From Trichinella spiralis (Eukaryota): a DNA stretch of 64,000 bases. Below, one piece after another: positions 33,748-48,909 of this stretch. The notes beneath the pieces were generated by a model. That model made no database searches and was not told the DNA's origin. It worked only from the letters and a program-made list of their open reading frames with translations. The stretch is from contig NW_003526945.1 of assembly GCF_000181795.1 (NCBI RefSeq), positions 4,564,247 through 4,628,246 on the forward strand. Direction: 5' to 3'. Both the position numbers and the translations under genes were made by a program. Each line of letters begins with the position of its first letter. Positions within the stretch are counted from its first letter, which is position 1.

Positions 33748-36700
33748 ACTGTTCGGCGACAGTTCAAGAGTTGTGCATAATTTGATGCTTTGTCATAACG
33801 TAGTTTGAGGAAAAAGGGTGATTCGATTTACGCAAAGTAATTTTTTGCAAATTCCATAAGTTATAATAATTTATGAATGAATTAAAATGCCAATTTGCAT
33901 TTACTTGCAAAGAAACTTGTCATCTATTGTTTACTGAACGTGAATTATATCCCTGATTTGAATCAACAGAAAAAATAAAAAACATGCATATTTGCTTTTG
34001 CGCATTTTTTAACAAAATTTATATTTGGAAAGCACTGTTTTTTACCAATTTAAAATGTCTTAAAAAGTACAGTAGCTGATGAATAAGCTGAAACCTAATC
34101 ATAACTAGAATATAAAAAGGCATAAGTGAATGGGAAGTTGTGTTTATCTTGAGTTTCAAAATATCACCGAGTCCAGTAAGCTTAATAATTTATTATTATA
34201 CGCATGTGCAAAAATGACTCCTGCAAAATGCGAATTGCTAGAAATTAATTTCTTTTAATATACTCAGGAGAAAAAGTTCTCATTATTCAATCAATCATTT
34301 GGATACTACAACTCAAGTGCTGTGCTCTACAACGCTGTGCGTACAGAATGCGCATAATACAATTTTGCTAATAAATTATTTGCTTATTGTAAAGTAGCTA
34401 TAACAGATGATAATACTATGCAAAAGATCAGTTTAACTCTGACACCTGCAGTATTGCTATTTGTTCATGCTTCAAATGTAACTTTTTTATATCTATAATA
34501 ATATTTTACACATAAATCATTTTGAAACAATACTCACTGCGATTTTATCACATTTCGTTACGTTCTGTAATTCTGTTCACAAAAATAAACTTCTATTTAT
34601 TTGCAATAAAATTTAATAGGATTTTAACCAGTTCAACGAGCGGCTGGTGGTAAATGACGCTCAGCTGATGATGGTGGGAACGTATCAAAGATTCATCTGC
34701 AACTTCCTCAGACAGAATTCACAACTTAATAAATGACACTCCAATATTTGCTTAATGCCGTTTACTTTGCTTAATGAACTATAAGCTTAATATCGACTGA
34801 AACTAGCTTCAGGGTTTCTTTATCATTACTTAATGATCATTTTGACTTCCGATGCATCATTATCTGAAGAAGTTTCATACACCATGATAAATCCATCAGC
34901 GCAATACTTGATACATTATTTTATACTGTTATATGAATTTAACGCCATTTATCATGCTGTGCCGAATAAATGGGCTGCAAGATAATGCTTATTGAATTTG
35001 TGAAATTCAAAATTATAAAGTAAAAATTTTTGCCGCATAAATAAATAAAGCTCAGTGATTAACTAGGCGAAACTAAATTTCAGTCATTTTTGCGTATCAA
35101 ATGACAAGAACTATTACACGAATCAATCTGAACATTGTCAGTTTAATCTGTATTCATAAATAATTTCACCTGAAGAAAAATTGCACGCATTTTGACATGA
35201 AAGCATAATCGGAAATGACATTACGCTTGCATTCTCGACGAACTGCACCTCATCGTTCAAAATCTAGCAAATGCATATCGTTTGCTAGTGGTGAAAATTG
35301 CTCTTGTTAAAACTTGCCTCGTTGAATTACCATGTGAATAATTTGAGTTATTAATAAAAGCTGCAATAATTCTGCCAATTGCAGTCCCCACAGTTTCAGA
35401 TAAAACTTGACTGGAAAAACAGATGCCAAAGTACCCCAGGTATGTTTCACCGTGCATGCTCATTGAACAGTGTAATATGTAAATTGTGTTATATTAAATT
35501 GTTTACCTTATTGTGGTAGATGCGTATGCTAATCAAAGTAGAAAAAGTAGGTGAGGCTCATTTAATGTAGGATATTACTTAATATGTAAAAACGGAGGTA
35601 CGTATCGATTAATATTATCCGTGACGATTATCGTGACCAATGGTATGCTTGCAAACGCATGAAATGAAAGTTACAATGATGAATCAGTTTGTAAAAGAAT
35701 GCTATGCAAAGAAAAAAAATGAAAAAATTCCACTTATCATTGTAAACAACACTCAACAAACCGCACAATTATAGTGTACTTTCAGAGATTGTCAGAATAT
35801 GGATATCAATAATACACAATAACAATAAAAATATTCACTTACATGAGCATGTGTGTTGAACGATGACACTGTGTAAAAATGCAATATAACTAACTGCTGA
35901 GTTGTTGAGTTGAATTTTGTTGTTACACTGCTGCCATTCAGAAATCTAAAAACGAAGACTGGTAATTCATCAATATAGTTAAGTTTCTGGTGCTGACCAG
36001 TTACAAACCGAAGAAATAATTATCAGTGCTACTTATCTAATCCATTGAGCAAACAATTGAAAAATTTACATAATCATGATTACCATGTTTATGGAAGAAG
36101 TAATAATTGCGTTGTTTCAAGTTTTATCGAAATCATTCATTACTGAACTGCTGCATGCAGAAGATGAACGCTTTTTAAAATTCACTATTAAAGCTATCTG
36201 AATTATTAATATTTGAAATTCAATGTCAAAATCATTTAATAATGAATCATCACTATCAAATAATTAAACACTTCCATAGTTATTATTAATCATTTTACGA
36301 TTTCTTTCATAGAAAACGAAGAGCAATATAAAAACATTAAAAGCTGCAAAAAAAATTATATTTATCAAAAAAAAGTTAATACAAAATAATTATTCAGTTT
36401 GATGAGTTTTGAGCTTTTATATAAAAGTACAACTAGCATGATAATGAAAATTGTATAAAACAGAAATCCAAAAATAGAAAAACTGCTAGCCAACTAATAT
36501 TATAATTTAAAATTGCATTAATGTTGTTAATGTCATTGTTTTCCCGGGTTCTTTCTGTGCAATCTACTGGCAGAATGATGAATAATAAGAAATTATTATT
36601 TGTTATATTGATTAAAAAAAATATGTTAAAACGAATGCTTTTTTCAATAATAACTGAGCAATAAGTATAAATGGATCTGTGTATTAGCAAATTTATGAAT

Positions 36701-39635
36701 AGGAACATTGAGGATAAAGTGAGAGTAGTATTTTATGCGAAGCTTCATTTCTTAGTCGAGAACAATTGTATATTGATTTATTTTATAATTAAGGCATTTA
36801 GTGAAAGTGCAGAAAGGCCATTTTCACCATAAATAACCAAAAATTGTAATTCTACTTTTTCAATGAATTATATATCAGTTTACTTTATTGAACTTTATTA
36901 TTATACAACTGAAATAGCTGAAAAATACAGAATTCATTTTTTACACAAAGAATGATTACACACATTAGAACAGGAGTAATTTAATGGTTAACTAGATAAA
37001 GTCTGTTGCTTGAAAAAGAGTTGAAATTGTAAAAGTGCTGAATCTGCTGAAAGAATTGTAGTTAAAATTGCCGACAACACAGCAGCATGCAGTCTGTCTG
37101 AATGGCATTAAAAATACACTATTCTTCTTGCGAATAGCACAGTGTCTGAATAATAATTACGTAAGTATGCAAACACAAAGCAATTAAAATCTCATTTTGT
37201 TAATGTCACACTCTAAATAATAAAAATCTATACATAATATCATAATTATTAAAACACTTGAAGATAAATAACATTTACTGACTAATCAATTTTACTTTAT
37301 AAAATAGTTTAACGCTAAATTTCAATTTAACGTTTAGCTTGAACTTACTAATAATCACAAATACCAGAGCTTTATGCTTATTCTAAACGGTGACCACTCG
37401 TAGGTAAGTTATTTTCATATGAAATTTTATTTTTGATCTGAATAATGGAAATTTATGCTTGAAACATGAAATTCAGCAAATAAATTTACAACAAAATTCT
37501 ATTTGCATCTTAAAAAGTAAAACGCAGTCTCTTTTTGACAGACTAATTTTTCAAGACAGCACAGTAGCCACGAAGTTTGCCAAAATGTATGCTGGAAAAC
37601 ATGTCGAATATAAAATTAATCAGTTCTGTAAGACATAACAAAGAGAACTGGGAGACATTTTCAAATGCTCAAGATTTTAATATCCATTAAAGATATATTA
37701 GCAACTTTATTGGTTTGATTCTACAAAGCATCATTGACCTTTACATTTTCAATGCATTCATTGCAGGGAAACATTCAAGCCCATTCACAGTTATTCATCA
37801 TGTTACAATATAAACGACCTTGTTACATGAATGCAGACAATTATTAATTTGCATAGATATTATTATCGATGTATGTTGGGTTTCAACTTATTATTTCTGA
37901 AAGAAAATTATTATTTGAATCGCATTTGAATATTTTCAGCTATTTAAATATCGGATTAACACAGATCAATTTTGCGCTTATGCTACAAAGAAAAACAATT
38001 GCCCATTAACACAAGGATCCTTTTAATACTGCTTAAGTATTCAGTGAAATTTTAATGCCAAAAGTATTCTGGTTTTGTTGACAAGAAGTAGACTTTCTCA
38101 TAACTTATAAGGAAAAATAAGTTAAATAATTTTTGAAAAACACATTTGCTGTTATTGCAATTATTCTGGTAAATTCCAGTACACTTATTGAATTGTAGAT
38201 ATGCAAATTAATTCAGTCCACAGTTTCCAATCATCTTTGATAAATTTGACTGCAGCGCAAAGTGCTTCTTATTTTTTATAATTGCCTTTCACGACTCTGA
38301 GAGTAGAATTTGTCAAAAATTATGCATTGAATGAACGGACAAAATCGGCGCAACTAACTGAATACATAGAGAAGCAATTTCACTATTTTAACACTTTCTA
38401 CATTACTCTAAAATAAATGATAATGCAAAATAAATTGCCGCTCACACTGATGATAACATGTAAAACAACTGGCCATTTTAATGGATAAAATCATGGAATA
38501 CAAAGCTGTTTCTATTAATATGCGAAGTGCACACTATTAAGTTCTAATAAGCATCTGAAGATGCTCAACACGGATTAATTTATTCATTGGCAATGCAAAC
38601 ATAAAAGCAGTTTTTATAATTAATTAATTAATTTCATCATTGAAATCCGAGCTGGTTGACAAATAAAATGATAAACATAATAATAAATGGCAATGCATTT
38701 GCAAAATTCAGTTGTATGCTTTCAACGTATTTGAGTACAAATGTTGCAAAATTAACAATACAACGGCGTGGTGAAAGGAAATTTTTTGAAATACATGTTC
38801 AATAAACAAAATAGAATTTAACAACAATATTGAACAAATATAATTAAAGGGAAAATAATAATAATAAAAAAAATGAAAGGCTTTTCCCCCGCCCCGCAAC
38901 AACGGATGCTTGGTGCATTGAATGTTTGCATTTCGCGGTGAAATATCGATTCTTCTATATAAAACGATTTGTTACATAAATTTCAATAAATTTTCATTCT
39001 AATAGACAATTATTTCAACTACTTTGCTCAAAGAAGCCAGGCATAAAATAAAGATCAAATCAACAGAATTCAAGGATAAAATGAAGCAATTGTTGACTGG
39101 TTAAACTAGCAAAATGTGTTTTCATTAGCGTTGAAAGAAACTGATGTGGTTGCTAGTGGATACCACAAGCGGTAGTAGGGCGCAACGATAAATAAAGGGC
39201 GGAGTTGGCTGGCCATGGAAAGGAGCAAGTTTGTGTTTAGTTTGCTCAGTTGCAAACATCTCAGTTTACTTCCCTGACAAGCTTACGTCAGATAAATCAG
39301 GCCGGCCCCTGAGGAATGTGTTCCCATTATCCGTTTGATTCAGCAAGTGCATAATTTTGCTTAATTTTGATTTGCGCATGCCAAATACAGCTTTTTTATT
39401 CACGTTAAATGCTGCAAAATTGGTACACTATAGATTCAGCTTAATTGCCCTGAAATTATCATCATCAGCATTAATGCGCTGAAGCAGCTTTCGCAAACGG
39501 AGCGCATAGTGTGTGCAATTAATGTATGGCCTTTGGAGCAAAACCACTACTATTCCACTGATACTCAACCCGCTTGGAACATCCAGTGATTCACTGCTGT
39601 TGTTACTTCAGGATTGGTCTTCTCCAAGCTCTAGA

Positions 39636-42600
39636 ATGAACGAGTTGGGCGGCGAGTCGGCAAAAATTATTGAATTGAATGTTGGAGGGAAAAAATACCA
39701 AACCACATTAAATACACTGACGAAAGACACCGGCTCCTGGCTGGGCAGGCAATTCATGCAAACGGAAAGCCCTGAAATGTCACCGTCAACTGACTATTCT
39801 GACAAAGAGCAAAGTTCAGCGATGCTTCTAGTTTCGGACGGATCATATTTCATCGACCGTGATGGGAATCTTTTTCGATATGTTTTGGAATTTTTGCGCA
39901 ACGGTAAACTGTTGTTGCCGGAAAATTTCACCGAACACGAAGCGCTTTGTGAAGAAGCGAAATTTTACGGTTCCAAAGCGCTGCTTGAAGAACTTCAAGT
40001 AAGACCAACATTTATTCATTTACTCACTCATTTATTTATTTATTGCACCGATTTACTTATTTATTCCTATCCACACAGCATTTTTCCCCACATAACTTAC
40101 ATCACAGTTACAACTGTTTCGCAGTTGATCACCAATAAAAAAGAAAAAAAAAGAATACAAAAAAAACCAACATTCATTTTTACAGTAATCTTAAAGAAAA
40201 CATCTTACTTTTATCTAATGCTTTCCACTGATCAATCAGTAAACCATTGAAATTTGCAGTTGAAGAACAAAATAGTAAAGCAGATCTTGCATTTCTGATG
40301 AAGTAATAAAAAATTAATCCAAAGTTAAAAATAACGCATTAGGTAAAACTTAAAAATAGCCTGCGAATAAAAATTACGTTAATATTTCAGATTGATTTTT
40401 TTTTCTTCTTTGAAGCAAAATTGAAAAATCATAATGCAGCATTACGTTTTTTTTTCAACTATTTCAGAAGTTTCCTATTATAGTAATCAATTAAAAAACA
40501 GAAACGTTATAAATAGTATTAATGTGCAATAGATCGGAAGAGGGGTGACAATTCAAACAGCAACTTGACTCTTCAACTTCAATTCAAAGCTGTTTCTGAT
40601 AATTGATTTATGACTTGGAAAATTGTTTCTTTTGGAAAATGCTATCCATAATAAATGGGCAATGGTGATAATTTTTACCTTCTTCGAATTATTGACGAAT
40701 AAAAAGCAGTTTATTGTCATTCATCATCATTATCAAATCTTTTCCAAAGAGTTTACAATGATAATTATTATCATTATAATTTATGCGAAATGATGAAAAC
40801 TTTTCTTTGAACATTTGATGTTATTGGAATAATTTAACATACTGATATAGTGAATAAAAGAAGAAAGGGACGTTTTTCATAAAACAGTATACGCTTAATT
40901 TGATGATTTGTGCTGGACTTGTGATGGATATTCATTTTATTGCAGTGGATTATTTATTAACACACAATGTAACGGCGTTAATTTGCAATGCCAGCAAACA
41001 AGCCGAAAATCATTTTATAAAAGAAGAAACATTTTGCATAAAAGGCTCGAATTCGTTGATAAAGATTAAGCAGCGTATCTTTATCTAATAGAAATGTAAA
41101 CAGCTGCATGTCTACTATGAGATGCAAGAAGAAAATAATGTTTGATAATTAAGCTTGCAATTGTCCAATTATGACATTTCAATAGAATACCAAACAGTGA
41201 CTTTTATTTTGATAATTTAAATTTGATTAAAGTGATCGGCTGTAATTTGAAATTTTCTGAAATTGATCATGAAAGAATTCAGAAAATGCATAATTTGCCA
41301 TTTCAAATCAAATTAAGTTATCTTCTTTTTGGAATATTTTCTATGCAATCTATGCTGAAGCAAATAATATTTTCTGACATTTCACATTTATCACGTTCTA
41401 TAAATAACTGAACAGTATAATTGAAAAATTATCCAAAGTAATGTGAACCGTAAAGTCTGATAGAAAAAAGAAAATATATAACTGCTGGATGCATGTACGT
41501 ATGTGTGTATGGTTGTACATACAGTAGTTATGTATAAAGTTAAAACATATAAATAACAGTAAGTTGCACGTTTGAACTCGGCATAGATGATAAAAGCATT
41601 CACCACTGATAGATAGATAAAAGAAAGCATTTTCAAAGGAAAATCAATATTATGTCTGATTCTCCATTTGCACACAATGATGATGATGATGATGGTGATA
41701 ATATTCTCTTGCAGTCTTAACACTTCACTGCTCTGTCAGTGTAAGAGGCATGTAAAATGTTCATTGGAAATTAATAACATCAGTTAATTAAGTCTGTTTA
41801 TCAGTGTTGGCTTGCGTGAGTTGTGATAAATAGCGCAAACAATACAACGCCGTCGAGCTTGTTGCCCAAATAATGATTAAAAAAATCAATCGTTCCGTTC
41901 AAAACTGTCGATGACTCTTAATTACACGGTGCTCACTAAAGTGCATCTTAAATTCTGCTACTCAACAATTAACGCTTAATTATGACGTAAAGCAGTTATA
42001 ACTGTGCAAGTCAAACGGTTTCGTTCAATCATGTTGAAATTCAATAAAATCATTCGTTATATATTAAACTTTCAGAATAAAATTTTAAAAAATAAAAAAC
42101 AAAAAAGTCAACTTTTTGCAACCGTAAGACAAATGTAAAAGCTATTTCGAAGAAATTTACAATGAACCTTCATTTCTTTTTTCACTGTTATTACCATTAT
42201 TACTTTGGTGGGTGATACTGTAAAGATGTCGGTCTCAACGGAAATGTTTTTTTGTTCCACTCAAAAACATGCACTTCCATAACAGATGATAAAGTAACTA
42301 AAGCTAAATTAAATAATTTTGCAATTTAAAACCAGCTATCCAAATTACTTTAATTCAATGAAAAGATTTCAACACTCCTATAAATCCTGCATGCATGCCC
42401 GAATCAGCGATCAATAATTGCTGCTATGACTTAAAAAAGATTGATTCCTATAACGCTGCCATGACACTGATGCACTGGCCCATCTGCCTCTAATGCATCA
42501 GTTGAAAAAAAAATCAACATCACAGCTTATTTTGTGGATTTTATAAGAAGGCATTTTGTATATTTTTCATTTTTATATTTGTTTCTAAATTAAACTGGTG

Positions 42601-44658
42601 CATTTGGTAATTTTAATATTTGAAGTTTTTCAAATAATTAAACAGTTTTTACCATTATCAAAATAAAAAGCGGAACATGTTGTCGTCTATCGAAATATAC
42701 ATGCAAAAGTGGTAAAAGAAAAAGAATTTGAAATGTTGAAATCGTATATTTTAACTGCACAAAACTGAACTTCAGCTAAACCGTATGTTCTACGTGCATG
42801 CGTATGTTTTCTTAATGCACACAAATTGAAAAGATTTTCTACTTTTATCAATTGAATGAATTGTCATGAGCTACCTGTGGGATCAGCTATGACTATTATT
42901 TAAAATTTGCCTAAAGCACAAGTTTGCTCTGAATACTCTGAATACCACTTTGAATCTACTCGTTTCATTCAATTTATTGCTTTGCTTTTCAAAATTAAAA
43001 AAAACTTTTCACTTCACTTGTTGCAAGTTGCAACATCGCTAATGGAAACTGCACTATATCTAGATGTTTTTTCCTCTACGTCAATTTAGTTAATGCGGGG
43101 GTTCACAACAGTTTTAAAGCTTCAAACCGACGTGGAGGAGGTTAATTATCTTCAATCGATGATATTCCTTCCCCCAGTCGAATGCTTTCTTCTTTTCACT
43201 CATTCACTTTCTTCCATTATCGACATTAAATATATTTTTTGAAAAATTATTTTATTACAACAAATCAATTTGATATTTTGCTTTGCTGACTTTGTTGTTC
43301 TCTCTTCGAAGAATTTATTTCTATTCATTCTCATGAAAATCGATTCTCATTTTTGAAAACCTGAAAAACGTCGTATCCTTTCGTGTTCATTCATATATTC
43401 TGCTCTTGAAAACAGCATCCCATTAATTAATTGATCGATTAATTAATTATCATTCATTCCTGCTTTTCGATAGCACCTTTTTGTTGAAAATATTTTCAAT
43501 TACTTGTAATTTTTGAAACTTCAAAAGACCACAAAACTTTGTTTGCTCTTGAAATATATGTCCAAATATTATACACAATTGACGAATATAAATTATATGA
43601 ATATTTGCAATGAGGATTTTGTTGTCGAATAACAACTAACAATTATAGCACACTTGACTGATAAATAATAGACAAATCAAAATTTCCCATAAAAATTTTT
43701 CGGAAGCAATAAATGACAAGCAGAATATCACGGAATGACAATTTTTATTCATCTTGGAAAGCAAGCTGACTGATAAGAAGTGATAAGAAATAATAAATGA
43801 AAGTTTGTAAAAATAGATGAACAAATAAATTACACATTGTCACAGTAAAATACAAAATTTTTATCTACCCGTTCCACTAGCGTACTAGTGTACACATATT
43901 AGATTTTGATTAATCTCTTAATCACACAGATTATGCAAAAACTCATTTGCAAATTTTATTAAACCAATCTCAAAGTACGTAAATACAAATGAAGAAAATA
44001 TGGACAAATTTCTGACGTAAATTATCTCATGCAAAACTATCATAACATGTACGTAATTAGCACAAGCAGAGAGCGGATAAATTTTGCCGTAGTCCACTTG
44101 GTGATCGTTATTTATGAAACAAATGTTCATTAGGTTGTGATTGATTTTAAAAAATTATAATAACTGTTGTGTTTTTTTCAGGCACGTATGTCGTTGCAAG
44201 TGCAGTCGACATTACGCCCAACATCCAGTGATCGAAATAGCGAGTCTTCAGCTTATGAGAATTTGGATGGTAAAAACAGCGAGCCAGGTCACATCACAAT
44301 TGGCTACAGAGGAAGCTTTGCATTTGGCCGTAATGGCCAGGCGGAGGTGAATTTCAGAAAGCTGAACAGAATTTTGGTATGCGGCCGGGCAAGTCTGTGT
44401 CGTGAAGTTTTCCGAGAAACTTTAAATGAAAGTCGTGATCCGGACAGGGGAGGTGGAAATCGTTACACATCACGCATGTTTTTGAAACATTCCAGCTTAG
44501 AACAAGCTTTCGACATGCTAGCAGAAAAAGGATTTCGTTTAATTACAAGCTGCGCATCGACCGCATCGTACGGCTACACAGACCCGATACGATCTGGAAG
44601 TGAAAATGAAGAAAACAAATGGAACCACTACAATGAATTCATATTCTACCGTGATTGA
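39636..44658 (+). CDS. BTB/POZ (T1) plus H1 domain protein, KCTD8/12/16-like, paralogue A, 2 coding exons
   Basis: Exon 39636-39998 (IIELNVGGKKYQTTLNTL, YFIDRDGNLFRYVLEFLRNGKLLLPENF), 4.2 kb phase-0 intron, exon 44182-44658 (GHITIGYRGSFAFGR...FRKLNRILVCGRASLCREVFRETLNESRDPD...YTSRMFLKHSSLEQAFDML...EFIFYRD*). Confidence 0.9.
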
Positions 44659-46755
44659 CATATAAAGTATTATCATTTGAAGAAAATTTATTCACTTCGT
44701 TCACTTTTTTCACAATTAGCTGTGAATAAAAGTTATTAATTTTTTTACATTTGATTTATTTTAAATTTCATGGAATGAAATGAAAAAAGTTCACAGATCA
44801 TTTTTTAAACTCGAAAATTTGTCGCAATCCTACTGCTACTTCTGAGGCGAAACTTTTTCATCACAACTGTGTTCTGAAGCAAGTGTATATTATATCGATG
44901 TCAAAATATTTAAACTCTACAAATAATGAAAGTAAAATAAATGTACATAATATGCAAATCGTGATACTGTTCATTACTAACTTTTATAATTCCTCAAAGT
45001 ATAATGAAAGTTAGTTAATTTCATTCTTGTAAAAAAATAAAATTATTTCCTAGATACTTTTATCGGTTGAAATTGGTGTATAGTAGTTCATCAAACAGTA
45101 AATCGTTAAAAACAGTGAATTTCACAACCTCGAATTTCAAACAGCACCGTACTATATCATTATAATCAAATATTCTCTACGCTGATGAGAACATCACGAC
45201 CAGAGTGACAAAGCTTTTATTTATCACTATTATTATTATGTTTTGTAAATTATAAGTAGCTAATAAATATTTACGATAACAGTTTACCACATCTAGATTT
45301 TACGATAACATGACATGCAAAACATGCTAAATGTGCCGTTTTGATTGCTTGAATTTAAAAAATTACAACTATTTTCTCTTATATATTGCAATACAGACTG
45401 TTTTGGTGAAGCTATTCAAAGTTCTCTATTCTTAACGCTCATTATCATTACTGCTCAACGGAAAATATTTTCATACGGAAATACGCAAAGCTGAAATATG
45501 CTTTGAAGTTTTTAAAATGAAAACTAGCATCGTTACTCAAACAGTAGAATGGACAACCTTGCAGTCCATTGTTATTGCGATAGCGTTGCTGCAAACTTAA
45601 AAAATGTTCTGTAGGGTTAACAAATTTTGAATATGCAAGCAATATTATTGAATTTGAATCTGGTTTCGCTTATTTTGCTGAATAGAATCCACATCCTTCA
45701 ACACATTAAAGTTTGAAGAAGCGCATTACTTAAATAACAGATGCAATTTTTATTAAATAATTATTATAACATTTCATTTTCATAAAATAATATATTTATA
45801 TACATAAACACAGATGGCTTATGAAGTTTTGGAATTTAAACCAAATTCTGCTGAATAATTCAGTGGTACATGAAATAAAATGAAACGAATTATTATGCAA
45901 ATAAGTGATGCAAAGCAAATTTACAAAGCCACTTCATAATTATATTTGAACTGAACATTGATGTAAGTGTTAATCAAGTCATGCAAAGCCATTCAACTTA
46001 GCTTAATAAATGTTTATCCACTTGGCGTGTGGATTCTTCGCTGGGTTAAACTGCTGTTTTTGGGTTAATCAAATTATTGCTTTTGCCTTTACAACATCAA
46101 GTAGCTTTTGAACTTAATGAGCAGACTGGCAGATTTTGTGGCCATAATAAATCAATAATTGTTATCATATGAGAGAAACACAGCACGCTGACATGCCTGC
46201 ATGCTGCATTAGACATCTCAATAAATATTTCATCCTATCTGCTTTATTGTTTGCTAAATTCATGAATTGTATATAAAGGAAAGTTAGCTTGAACGTATAT
46301 CTGTCAAAAAGTTGAACAGCAGCCCATTTGACAGCTGCAGTCCTACACTATGCACGAAGATATTTCATAGATGCTTTGAGGATGAATATGGTGGAAAAAC
46401 ATATCATTCGCTTTCAAAAATAACGCGGTGACGTAGCCAGTTATATAATCTTGTTATTTTTGCCCATGCCCATGAGTTTCATCTCAGTCTAATGGGAAAT
46501 AGGTGTCAGCGTTAAATATTCTTGATCATCGATCATTTTTCTTACCCAATTTCTACACACTGCTTTCCATTTATACTTTAAAAGTTTACTTGGAAATGCT
46601 AGTGTATTGATCATTTTGGATTGTCGTGTGCTGTTCTGTTTGACACTGGATAGTTGACAATCAAACTAGCTGTTTTTAAAAAATTTTTCGTTTTCTTTTT
46701 AAGCAGATCCGTTGATGACTTTTAATATTCGTCATTTTGAAACGACCAACTCAAA

Positions 46756-48909
46756 ATGGAAGAAGGAAACAAAATTTCCGTGATAAAGCTAAACGTAGGA
46801 GGCCACTGCTATATGACAACATGGAAGACATTAAACAGCTATAGCAGCTTAGCCCAGAATATTGCCAACGGAACAGTTGGAGAAATATCCACGGACAAAT
46901 GTAAAAATGATGATCCTGAACTGGTATGCATGTTTTTTTTCTTATTTTGAAATTCATTTATGCTAATTTTAAAATATCAACATTTCAAAAAATATCACAC
47001 GTACAGAAGGTATTTTCAAATAGCGCAATTGTAAATTGAACTAGATAAATTTGAAATAAAGAAAAATTTTAAATTCAATAACAAATCATCTCATATTGAA
47101 TAAATAAAATAGTGTTCAAAACTGCTGACAAGGCAGTGGATGTTTACTATTCGGATTTTGTTTCCATCAGCAATAAAACAAACTATACAAGTTTTTGAAA
47201 ACGTAAAAATTTTGACACACAGCTGATGGCTAACAAGAGAAGTTTCACAAATATTTGAAGTATTTTAAAAATTTATAAAACAACCGAGTTCAGGAAGGTC
47301 AGAATATGAGCTATAAAAAGGGTCCAAATAACCAACTCCCCGTTGAAATCTGCGCAATAAATTAGACAAATGTAAAACATTGCTGATTTTGATTATCACT
47401 TTTATTTATACTGTTAGCTTCTATTTGCAAAAAATAAATTGTTAATTTATGACCAAAAATGTAAATATATTTTAAAAATATAATCAGTTTTTGAACCAAT
47501 CTTATTCAAGAAAGCTAATCATACATTTCTAAAATGTTTCAGCTCGTTTGAGCATATTAACATTGATATTTATGATTTTACATACTGTCATAATTTATAA
47601 TTCCATTTGTTCAAAAACAACACATTAAAAATATTAATGATGGTACAACACTTCATTATCTAGTGACAAACTTATTATAGTTAAGTTAATAATTATTATG
47701 TATATGTATACAGTAGTAAACCTATGATTAAAACACTACAAAATTGAGGCTACTATTACAAGTACCATAATATTTTCAAACGTAAATTGATAAATGAAAA
47801 ACAAATAATGAATGAAAATATTTATTTAATAACGTTCCATTACAATAAAGTTTGTTATCATATATAGATAAATAATGTGTTAGTATTAATGTCATTAACC
47901 ATTCGTTTCCCATCATGTTATGATTATGATTATTATTATTAGATGCAAATTTTAAGTCAATTTAAATTGTGCAGATGTACATCTTGATTTCCATTTCTTT
48001 CTTTTTTCAAGGAAAACAATGGAACAACTCCATATTTATCATGTTTTATCAATCGAAATGGAAAACTGTTTCGATATATTTTAAATTATATGCGCAATGA
48101 AGAACTGATTTTACCGGATAATTTTAAAGAATACAAAGCATTGTTTGAAGAAGCGCTATTTTTTAATTTAAAAGATCTCTCAGCGAAAATACAGCAGAAG
48201 CACTTGTGCACATTTCCTCACGTTTACAAAACACTAGAAAACGGTGGTAAGTTATTTTTACACTTTACAAAATCATCTTCTGCATAAAAGCTGTTTCCAG
48301 TAGAAAATATCTATATATTTTACTGGAGTAGAAAATATTTTAAGCCTATCTTATCTATTGTACAACTTTGCATAGTTAGAAGAATGCTTATATCAAAATG
48401 TTTTTCCTGTTCGAATGTAAAACGGACTAAACTGAATTATAAATACATATAATTATGATTCATGTAGAAAAAATTGAATATCTGCATTATGTATATACTT
48501 TTTTCCTTGTAATATTGTATCTTTTGCAGAAAGACGTTCCGGATATATAACGCTCAGCTATCGTGTAGCATTTACTTCAATGCCGCAAAGCTTTGTTGAA
48601 GGGGGTTTCAGAAAACTTAATCGCATAAGTGTCTGTGGAAAAGTATGCCTGTGCAGAGAAGTGTTCCAAGAGATGCTGAACGAAAGTCGAGATCCGAATT
48701 GTGAAAGCGAGGATAAATACACAACAAGAATGTTTCTAAACCACTGCAGTCTGGAGCATGCATTTGACCGCTTAGCTGAGAAAGGATTTCGGCTTGTCTG
48801 CTGCAATACAGCCATGCCAACTGTTGGCACTGACCATCATTCGAATTCTTTTGAAATTGAAGAAACACGTTGGAATCACCAAGTTGAACATGTTTTTGTG
48901 AGAGATTAG
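46756..48909 (+). CDS. BTB/POZ (T1) plus H1 domain protein, KCTD8/12/16-like, paralogue B, 3 coding exons
   Basis: Exons 46756-46923 (VIKLNVGGHCYMTTWKTL), 48012-48246 (FINRNGKLFRYILNYMRNEELILPDNF) and 48530-48909 (SGYITLSYR...FRKLNRISVCGKVCLCREVFQEMLNESRDPN...VFVRD*) join in frame via GT-AG introns. Confidence 0.88.

Noticed and set aside
33800..39400. Short ORFs in the long intergenic region (e.g. 35257-35463, 36433-36708)
   Set aside because: Compositionally biased (F/I/L/N/K-rich), no motifs and no consistent splice chain.
43422..43448. Near-palindromic TAAT cluster in the KCTD-A intron
   Set aside because: Low-complexity AT sequence expected by chance at this base composition.
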